DNA of 64,000 nucleotides from an uncultured delta proteobacterium (GTDB lineage Bacteria; Myxococcota_A; Polyangia; Polyangiales; Ga0077539): NCBI GenBank assembly GCA_903845045.1, contig CAIMWA010000340.1, positions 1,880 to 65,879 of the forward strand, read 5' to 3'. Shown piece by piece: positions 57,506 to 64,000 of this stretch (position 1 is its first letter; each line of letters starts with the position of its first letter). The notes under the pieces were generated by a model. It saw only the letters and a program-made list of their open reading frames with translations, ran no database searches and was not told where the DNA came from. The position numbers and the translations under genes were made by a program.

Positions 57506-59647
57506 GTGCCGCCGCGCTGGACCCTCGCCGCGCCGTTCGTGCTGCGCCACGCCGGCTTCCCCTTCGATTGGCTCGTCGACCTCGGCTTCACCGCCGACAC
57601 CCTCGCGACCGTCGACGCGTGCCTCGACGACGCTGCCTCCGCGGCCCTTCGCATCGAGGCCGAGGCGCGCTTCGAAGCATCGGTCGTGGCATTGCGTTCG
57701 GCCCTCCACGCCCGCGCCGCGGACCCGTCGGTGCAGGAGGCCGTCTTCCTCTCGAGCCCCGACGTGCACGCCAACGTGTGGAGCCGCTGGGTCGCCTCCC
57801 CGCCCGCCGCGCCGTCGTCGCGTTCGCGTCGCACCGAGCGCGTCGTCTACGCGTACCTGCAGAGGCTCTGCGCGAAGAACGAGACCACGAGCTTCTTTGG
57901 TCCCATGGGCTACGCGGTCACCGAGGGCGACGACGACGCCGTCGAGGTGCGCTCCGCCGGGCCCTCGCAGCGCCGGACCTTTCTCGCGTACTGGGCCGTC
58001 GAGGCCTTGGGCTTCGCCATCGCCGCCGACGTCGCGCTCTGGGCGCAGCTCCCCCTCGCGCGCAGTCCGCTCTGGCGTCTCGACGTTCAGCGCGGCGAGG
58101 CACGCTGCGAAGCCATCGGCCGCATCGTGCCGCTCGGCCCCGCCGAGCTTCGACTGCTCGCGGCAGCATCGGCTCCGCGCACCGCCACCGACCTCACCGC
58201 GGACCTCGGCGTCGCCGTCGATGCCCTCGAGACCCTCGCGGAGCCGCTCTTCGCGACCGGCGTGCTGCTTCGACGACTGTGGTTCCGCAGCGACGAGGCC
58301 GACACCTTGGGCAACCTTCGCGCGGCGCTGCTCGCCCTCCCGCCATCGCCCGCCCGCTCGCGATGGGCCGCGGAGATCGACGCCTTCGACGCGCTCCGGG
58401 CGGCCTTCGAGACCGCGCCCTTCGCGGACCGTCCCGCGCGCCTGCGCGACCTCGAAGCGCGCTTCGTCGCGGTCACCGGACGACCCGCGCGCCGTGCGGG
58501 AGGACGGCTCTACACGGACCGGTTGGTCCTCAACGAGGAGGCCTCGTCGCCGTTCGGCCTGCGCGTCGGCGGCGGCGCCCTCGCGCGCCTCGGGACCGAG
58601 GTCTCGCCGCTGCTCGAACGCTGCGCCGCGCACGGCGACGCCTACGCCGAGGCCTGCGCGCGAGCGGTCGCCGCGGAGCATCCCGGGAGCGCGGGGTTCT
58701 TCGGCTGGGCATCGGCGCTTCGCGACCTGCCCGCGCCGACGGTCCCGACGGTCACCGACGATGCCGCCGCCCGCGACGTGCCCCGCTTCGCCTCGCCGGA
58801 CCTCTGCCTTCGCCTCGGCGACGACGGCGCGCTGCATCCTGTGCTGTCGAGCGTCCACGCCGTGCTGCTCACCGAGGGGTGGCTCTTCACGTTCCTTCCG
58901 CGCGTCGCAGGCCTCGCGGCGCCGGCCGAGGCGTGGGTGCGTCACGAGGCGGCGCCGGACCTGCTCTCCCTCGCCACGGGCCGCCACAACAAGGGCTACT
59001 ACGCGTTCCCGGGACCTCGCGCCGCAGCGGCGCCGGCGGAGCTCGCTGCGGGCCCGCACGACGTCGTGGCGGCGGCGGACCTCACCGTCTCCGTGGAGTC
59101 TGGAGCACCGGTCCTTCGCGACGCAGCGGGTGGACGGCGCTTCCTCGCGCTCCCGCTCGCGGACCTCACGCTGCACCCTCCGTTCGTCGCCCTCGCCACG
59201 CCCCCGGCGGTCTTCGCGACGGTCGGCGCCGGCACCGCGCACACCCCGCGCGTGTGCGTCGGTCACGCCGTATACCAACGCGAGCGATGGACGCTGGGCG
59301 CCGCCGCGCTGCGGGCCGCGACGCCGTTCCAGCGCTTCGTGGCGCTACGACGCGCGCGGCGCGACCTCGGCCTGCCGCGCTTCGTCTTCGCGCGCGTCGA
59401 CGGCGAGCGCAAGCCGTTCCTCGTCGACGTCGAGAGCCCCTTCGCCGCCGAGCTCCTCGCGCACCACGCGCGCGACGTCGACGCCGTGCGCCTCGAAGAG
59501 ATGCTCCCCGCGCCCGACGAGCTGTGGCTCCGCGACGCGCGCGGCCGGTACACCTGCGAGCTTCGCGTACAGGCCCGACGCGAGGTGCCCGAGGACCCGG
59601 GAACCGCTCGCTCCGTCGCGCCTCGCTGCGGTAGCGTCGCACCGTGA
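57506..59647 (+). CDS. Lantibiotic-dehydratase (LanB) N-terminal-domain-like protein lacking an elimination domain (PEARL-like / split-LanB-like)
   Basis: GTG at 57506, 6 nt after the upstream stop. 713 aa. Motifs in LanB order: APFVLRHAGFPFDWL; PSVQEAVFLSSPDVHANV; RVVYAYLQRLCAKNETTSFFGPMGY (position of the R-x-TPFG block); TPRVCVGHAVYQRERWTL; GLPRFVFARVDGERKPFLVDVESPFAAELL; VRLEEMLP. No SpaB_C-like region follows. Confidence 0.65.
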   Translation: MPPRWTLAAPFVLRHAGFPFDWLVDLGFTADTLATVDACLDDAASAALRIEAEARFEASVVALRSALHARAADPSVQEAVFLSSPDVHANVWSRWVASPPAAPSSRSRRTERVVYAYLQRLCAKNETTSFFGPMGYAVTEGDDDAVEVRSAGPSQRRTFLAYWAVEALGFAIAADVALWAQLPLARSPLWRLDVQRGEARCEAIGRIVPLGPAELRLLAAASAPRTATDLTADLGVAVDALETLAEPLFATGVLLRRLWFRSDEADTLGNLRAALLALPPSPARSRWAAEIDAFDALRAAFETAPFADRPARLRDLEARFVAVTGRPARRAGGRLYTDRLVLNEEASSPFGLRVGGGALARLGTEVSPLLERCAAHGDAYAEACARAVAAEHPGSAGFFGWASALRDLPAPTVPTVTDDAAARDVPRFASPDLCLRLGDDGALHPVLSSVHAVLLTEGWLFTFLPRVAGLAAPAEAWVRHEAAPDLLSLATGRHNKGYYAFPGPRAAAAPAELAAGPHDVVAAADLTVSVESGAPVLRDAAGGRRFLALPLADLTLHPPFVALATPPAVFATVGAGTAHTPRVCVGHAVYQRERWTLGAAALRAATPFQRFVALRRARRDLGLPRFVFARVDGERKPFLVDVESPFAAELLAHHARDVDAVRLEEMLPAPDELWLRDARGRYTCELRVQARREVPEDPGTARSVAPRCGSVAP

Positions 59648-60465
59648 ACGTCGGGCCCCTTCCCCGCGACGCCCTCGGCATCGGACTGCGCACGGCGCAC
59701 TACCCGTACCTCTTCGAGCACTGGCCCGAGGTCGGGTACTTCGAGGTCATCAGCGAGAACTTCCTGGGCTCGGCGGCGCCGCCGCGAGCGCGCCTCGACG
59801 CGGTCCGAGCGCGGTACCCCGTGGTGCTCCACGGCGTGGGCCTCAACCTCTTCGGGCCCGATGCCCTCGACGAGGACTACCTCGACGCGCTGTGCCGCCT
59901 CGCCGACCACGTCGACGCGCCCTTCGTCACCGACCACCTCTGCTGGACCTCGGCGCACGGCGTGTCGCACCACGACCTTCTCCCGGTGCCGTACGTGCCC
60001 GAGCTCGTGGAGCTCGCGGCGGAGCGCGCGCACCACGTGCAGCGCCGCCTCGGACGCCCCTTCGGCCTCGAGAACCTCTCGAGCTACGTCGGCTTCGCGC
60101 GCTCCACGATGACCGAGTGGGACTTCTACACGACCATCGTTCGCGAGGCCGGGTGCTGGTTCATGCTCGACGTGAACAACGTCTACGTGTCGAGCCGCAA
60201 CCACGGCTTCGACGCGTCCACGTACCTGCGCGCCGTGGACTTCTCGCGGGTGCTCCAGGTGCACCTCGCCGGCCACACGCGCGAGCCCGACGGCACCCTC
60301 GTCGACACCCACGACCACCCGGTCTGCGACGACGTCTGGGCGCTCTACGCCGAAGCGTGGCGCCTCGGCGGACCGTTCCCCACGCTCCTCGAGTGGGACG
60401 AGCGCATCCCGCCGATGCCCGACGTGCTGGCGGAGATCGCCAAGGCCGCCGCGGTGCGCGCGTGA
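59644..60465 (+). CDS. DUF692/UPF0276 family protein (multinuclear non-heme iron oxidase, MbnB/TglH/BufB-like)
   Basis: GTGA overlap with the upstream stop. Motifs: GIGLRTAHY, YFEVISENF, YPVVLHGVGLNL, FVTDHLCW, LLPVPY, GLENLSSYV, EWDFY, FMLDVNNVYVSSRNHGFD, VHLAGH, LVDTHDHPVCDDVW, PTLLEWDERIP. Confidence 0.92.
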   Translation: MNVGPLPRDALGIGLRTAHYPYLFEHWPEVGYFEVISENFLGSAAPPRARLDAVRARYPVVLHGVGLNLFGPDALDEDYLDALCRLADHVDAPFVTDHLCWTSAHGVSHHDLLPVPYVPELVELAAERAHHVQRRLGRPFGLENLSSYVGFARSTMTEWDFYTTIVREAGCWFMLDVNNVYVSSRNHGFDASTYLRAVDFSRVLQVHLAGHTREPDGTLVDTHDHPVCDDVWALYAEAWRLGGPFPTLLEWDERIPPMPDVLAEIAKAAAVRA

Positions 60466-61340
60466 GCCCTCGCCCGGCACCGCCCTGGCTCGGCGAGCTC
60501 CAGGCGCGCTTCGGCGCGGTGCTCCGCACGCCCCTCGACCGCAGCACCGGAACGCTCCGGGCTTCCATCGACGCGTTCCCGCCCGACGCCATCGACGACG
60601 CCGTCGACGGACCCCACGGCGCCGCCCCGCAGCGCCTCGCGGTTTACCATCGCCAGTATTGGTTCCGGCTCTTCGGCGTGATGCAGTCGGCGTTTCCGCT
60701 CACCGCGCGCCTCTTCGGACACTGGCACTTCAACGGCGTCGTCACCGGGTACGTCCTCGCTCACGCTCCGCGGAGCTGGGACATCGACCGCGTGCCCGAT
60801 GGCTTCGCGCCGTACCTTCGATCGGTGGCCCTCGCCGAGACCCAGCGCGAGGCGTTGCTGGAGGCTGCGGACCTCGATGCGACGTGGCGCGCGCTCTTTC
60901 GCGCCCCGACGGTGGCGCCGTACCACCCGGGGGCCGACGACGCCGCGCGGCTCCTCGAGGCGCGCCTCGTCCCGTCGCCGGCGACCGCCGTGGTGGTGCT
61001 GCGCTGGCCGTGGCTCGAGCTCAAGCGGGCCCTCGCGAGCGCACCCGGCGAGTCCATCGTCGCCGTCCCCGCGCTGCTCGCCGAGCCCCGCGCGTGGGCG
61101 CTGCTGCGCGAGCCTGGAGGCATCCGGCAGCTCCTGCTCGAGCCGCGCGAAGCCCAGCTGCTCCTAGCGTTGGGGCGGGTCACCGTGGGGGCGGCCCTCG
61201 CCGAGGTCGAGGCAGCGTGCCCGCCCGAGGAGCGCCAAGCTCTGCCGTCCCGCGCGCGTCAGTGGCTGGCGCGCAGCGTCGAGCGCGGCATGTGGTCCGG
61301 CCTGGCCGACGCCGGCGCTCAGGGAACGACGCAGCTGTAG
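60462..61340 (+). CDS. DUF2063 family protein (partner of DUF692; BufC/HvfC-like)
   Basis: GTGA overlap with the DUF692 stop. Motifs: LQARFGAVLRTPL and QRLAVYHRQYWFRLFGVMQSAFPLTARLFGHWHFNGVVTGYVLAHAP. Confidence 0.85.
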   Translation: MSPRPAPPWLGELQARFGAVLRTPLDRSTGTLRASIDAFPPDAIDDAVDGPHGAAPQRLAVYHRQYWFRLFGVMQSAFPLTARLFGHWHFNGVVTGYVLAHAPRSWDIDRVPDGFAPYLRSVALAETQREALLEAADLDATWRALFRAPTVAPYHPGADDAARLLEARLVPSPATAVVVLRWPWLELKRALASAPGESIVAVPALLAEPRAWALLREPGGIRQLLLEPREAQLLLALGRVTVGAALAEVEAACPPEERQALPSRARQWLARSVERGMWSGLADAGAQGTTQL

Positions 61341-62074
61341 CCGGTGCAGGTGTTGAGCGACGCGCAGTTGTGCTGCGTGAAGGTCCCGTCGTTCGTGTCG
61401 AAGGAGAACCCCGAGCACGAGTTCATGCCGCCGCAGTGCGGGTGGATCTCGATGAAGCCGCCGAGTCCGTTGCACATCACCGTGAACGACTCGAGGGTCA
61501 TGCCCGTCGCGGCGTCGAGGTGCACGATCTGGCGGTCCGCCTGCACGTCGCAGATCACGTCGTGGCCCACCGCCGCGTCGGCCTGCGCGTCGGCGACCGT
61601 CGCATCGAACGCTCCGGCGTCCGACGACGAGCCCGCGTCGAGGCTCGCCCCGCCATCCGCCGACGAAGCATCCGCCGACGAAGCATCGACCGAGGTCCCG
61701 CCATCGGCCGCGGCGACCGCGTCCACCGGATCGCTGCGGTCCGCAGGCGTCGCGACGTCCGTCGACGCCACGTCCACCGGGGCGCCAGCGTCTGCGCCCG
61801 CATCCGCGGGAGCCGCCACGTCCTGCGAGGGAGCGACATCCGCGGCGACCGGCACATCGACGGCGACGTCCGCAGGCGGCGCGGCATCGGTCGACGCGTC
61901 GTTGCCCCCACGGTCGCCCGACGGAACGTCGGTGCGGGTGCCCGCATCGTTGGATCCGTCGCCGGAAGGCGTGCATCCGGGCGCGAAGCAGAGCAGCCCG
62001 CCGAGGGCCGCGGTGAGGAGCGCGCTGCTGGCCGAAGGCGCACGAAGAGACGAGGTCGGGTCGAGGTGGGTCAT
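61319..62074 (-). CDS. Lipoprotein: long acidic D/A/S/V linker plus C-terminal Cys/His domain with a duplicated H-x-C-x3-N-x-C-x-G-[FY]-S motif
   Basis: Start ATG at 62074 (alternatives at 62086 and 62092). Lipobox: LGGLLCFAPGC. C terminus: ...VICDVQADRQIVHLDAATGMTLESFTVMCNGLGGFIEIHPHCGGMNSCSGFSFDTNDGTFTQHNCASLNTCTGYSCVVP*. The 3' end overlaps the convergent DUF2063 gene by 22 nt (61319-61340). Confidence 0.75.
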   Translation of the reverse strand: MTHLDPTSSLRAPSASSALLTAALGGLLCFAPGCTPSGDGSNDAGTRTDVPSGDRGGNDASTDAAPPADVAVDVPVAADVAPSQDVAAPADAGADAGAPVDVASTDVATPADRSDPVDAVAAADGGTSVDASSADASSADGGASLDAGSSSDAGAFDATVADAQADAAVGHDVICDVQADRQIVHLDAATGMTLESFTVMCNGLGGFIEIHPHCGGMNSCSGFSFDTNDGTFTQHNCASLNTCTGYSCVVP

Positions 62075-62188
62075 CGCAGGATCCATCAACATACCCGAGC
62101 GCCGCCGGGGCGTGTTCGAGGAACGCGTCCACGCGACGAATGGTCGCACCGCCCCCCGGATGCATACGGAACCGGGCGACGGGCCGCG

Positions 62189-63892
62189 CTACGGCGAGAG
62201 CCGATCCCACGCGTCGCAGCGGAGGGCGTGGTAGCCCGCCGCCGCCGCGGGGGTGCTGTCGAGGGTGAGGTACGGGTCCGCCGCCGCCGCGTAGGTCGGC
62301 CACGTCGTCGCGCCGCCGCCGTTGGGGTCGCCGGTCGCCGCGAAGCGCAGCCAATAGCCCGCCACGGTGTCGGCCAACGCCGTCTGGTCCGCCGTGGCCC
62401 CGGTCGGGAGGTTGTGGAACACGTACGACAGCTCGAAGGCGTGCGCCGCTCCGTAGGCCGCCGCGATCCCCGGCTCGCTGTGCGTGAAGAGGTACCGCCG
62501 CACGGGCTCGCTCATGGCCCCGGCGAGCGCCCGCGCGATGCGCCTCGCCGGGCAGATGAACACCGCGTCGGACAGCATGTCCACGTACGCGAAGTACGGC
62601 GACGGGAACATCGCGCTCGGGTACGCCGCGAGGATCGTCGCGCCCCCCGCCGCGCCGAACTGCGTGGTCACCAGCGCGCGGTATTGCGCATCGGTCATCG
62701 CCGCGTTGGCCGGCGTCGGCGGGAAGAAGTAGGACATCTCGTCGCGGTTGTTGCCGATCACCACGGGCACGTGACGCTGGTGCCCCGCGGCGATGGTCGT
62801 CATCGGTGCTTCGAGGAGCGCGTAGCCGTCGACGGCGAGCTGGTAGCGGTAGCCCGTGGCCCCGGGCGTCACGCCCGCCGAGCCCGGCAGCGCGCGGAGC
62901 ACGTCGGCCATCGCGACGCCGCGGAGACAGCCGAGCGCGTCCGTCGCCGACGCGCAGAGCGACGACGCGAGCGTGGTGCCGCCGGCCTCGGCCACGGCCT
63001 GCGTCGAGGCCACGCAGCCGCCGCTCTCGATGGCCGCCCGCGCGAACAACCCCTCGGCGAGCGGCGACGTCAGCAACGCGCAGGTGTCGAGGCCTCCCGC
63101 GGACTCGCCGAAGAGCATCACGCGCGACGGGTCGCCGCCGAACGATGCGGCGTTGGCCTGCACCCAGCGCAGCGCCGCGATCTGATCGAGGAGGCCGTAG
63201 TTGCCCGACGCGTGGTTCGGGCTCTCGGCGGTGAGCGCCGGGTGGCCGACGAAGCCGAAGGGTCCGAGGCGATAGTTGGCCGTCACGACCACCGCGGGAC
63301 CGTGCTCGGCGAGCCACGCGCCATCGTAGATGCGCACGCCCAGCGGGGTGACCTGCTCCGTCGATCCCGCGTAGTTGGCCCCGCCGTGGAGGAAGAACAG
63401 CACCGGCAGCGGCGACGCGGGCCGCGCGGTGGGCGCCCACACGTTCAGCGTCAGGCAGTCCTCGGAGCCCGACGGCGTCCCCGTGGCGTCGAGCTGCGCA
63501 CACGCGGATCCGAAGCTCGTCGCGTCGCGCACGGCGCCGCAGCACGCCGCGGGCTGCGGGGACCGCCAGCGCAAGGCTCCCACCGGCGGGGCCGCGTACG
63601 GAATGCCCTTGAAAGACAGGACCGCGCCGTCGACGACGCCGCGCACGGTGCCCCGATCGGTCGTCGCGAGGTCCGGCGTCGTCGCGGGCATCGCCGCACA
63701 GGCCGCGGCATCGTCGACGACGACGTCAGCGCCGCCGTCGGCACCCGCGTCGCCCGAGGCATCGGCCGTTGCGACGCGATCCGCCGCGGCGTCCGAGGGC
63801 GAAGCTGTAACCGCGGTTCCACCGCAGCCGACCACGACGACCAGCATGGAGACGAGGGAGAGCGAGGGGGTGCGCACGAGGGCTGCGAGCAT
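62189..63892 (-). CDS. Type-B carboxylesterase/lipase family lipoprotein (second copy in window)
   Basis: ATG at 63892. Lipobox: MLVVVVGC. Motifs: FKGIPYAAPPVG, EDCLTLNVWAP, VLFFLHGGANY, NYRLGPFGFVGHP, GNYGLLDQIAALRWVQANAASFGGDPSRVMLFGESAGG. Confidence 0.9.
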   Translation of the reverse strand: MLAALVRTPSLSLVSMLVVVVGCGGTAVTASPSDAAADRVATADASGDAGADGGADVVVDDAAACAAMPATTPDLATTDRGTVRGVVDGAVLSFKGIPYAAPPVGALRWRSPQPAACCGAVRDATSFGSACAQLDATGTPSGSEDCLTLNVWAPTARPASPLPVLFFLHGGANYAGSTEQVTPLGVRIYDGAWLAEHGPAVVVTANYRLGPFGFVGHPALTAESPNHASGNYGLLDQIAALRWVQANAASFGGDPSRVMLFGESAGGLDTCALLTSPLAEGLFARAAIESGGCVASTQAVAEAGGTTLASSLCASATDALGCLRGVAMADVLRALPGSAGVTPGATGYRYQLAVDGYALLEAPMTTIAAGHQRHVPVVIGNNRDEMSYFFPPTPANAAMTDAQYRALVTTQFGAAGGATILAAYPSAMFPSPYFAYVDMLSDAVFICPARRIARALAGAMSEPVRRYLFTHSEPGIAAAYGAAHAFELSYVFHNLPTGATADQTALADTVAGYWLRFAATGDPNGGGATTWPTYAAAADPYLTLDSTPAAAAGYHALRCDAWDRLSP

Positions 63893-64000
63893 GCCCCACG
63901 CGCGGCATCGCTGCGAGCGGCGCCGCGGCGCGAGGGGGAACCGGGGCACACCGCCGGTCACGCCTCGGCACCTTCGAGCCCGACACGCAAACGCCGCGGC

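Noticed and set aside
54770-59278. 1502-aa minus-strand ORF spanning the candidate operon (the longest uninterrupted antisense frame in the region)
   Set aside because: Its composition is extreme Arg/Gly/Ala/Glu with no motifs, and it lies exactly antisense to plus-strand frames that carry recognisable DLH, LanB-like and other motifs. This is a typical GC-driven shadow ORF.
63726-64000. ORFs at the right edge (63726-63986 minus; 63451-63951 minus)
   Set aside because: They are Arg-rich and overlap the esterase gene or its upstream region. There is no evidence of coding, and the window ends before anything can be judged.

Overview
This is very GC-rich chromosomal DNA, roughly 70% GC or more by eye, with strong GC bias at third codon positions. 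The gene content looks myxobacterial: many lipobox proteins with acidic D/A/P/V linkers, eukaryote-like Ser/Thr kinases, a DUF1592/DUF1552 pair, PEGA-like proteins and class III cyclases. I call about 47 protein-coding genes. Most sit in tight operons joined by 1-nt (TGATG) or 4-nt (ATGA/GTGA) stop/start overlaps. I saw no rRNA, tRNA, CRISPR array, transposase or integrase. The six-frame track is dominated by long Arg/Ala/Gly/Pro-rich shadow ORFs. I kept only frames with protein-like composition or recognisable motifs, and trimmed several track ORFs to internal starts. Main result: an operon at 54727-61340 looks like a peptide-scaffold (RiPP-like) pathway. It encodes a 64-aa Trp-terminated small ORF, a dienelactone-hydrolase-fold protein with two triad residues substituted, a 615-aa helical-repeat protein, a LanB-like protein without an elimination domain (PEARL-like), a DUF692 multinuclear iron oxidase and a DUF2063 partner. 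The only AT-rich patch in the window precedes it. A convergent lipoprotein with a duplicated H-x-C-x3-N-x-C-x-G-[FY]-S motif at its C terminus follows it. Other notable items: a tandem array of omega-conotoxin-like cystine-knot units at the left edge, whose last unit is duplicated around an inserted Phd/ParE toxin-antitoxin cassette; a lipoprotein with four PSI-like domains; two paralogous 'TM/Pro-Ala tail, PEGA-like protein, acidic lipoprotein' modules; a predicted pseudokinase; and an apparent frameshift in a GT87-like gene. All family assignments come from by-eye motif recognition, not searches. Start codons are uncertain by a few codons.
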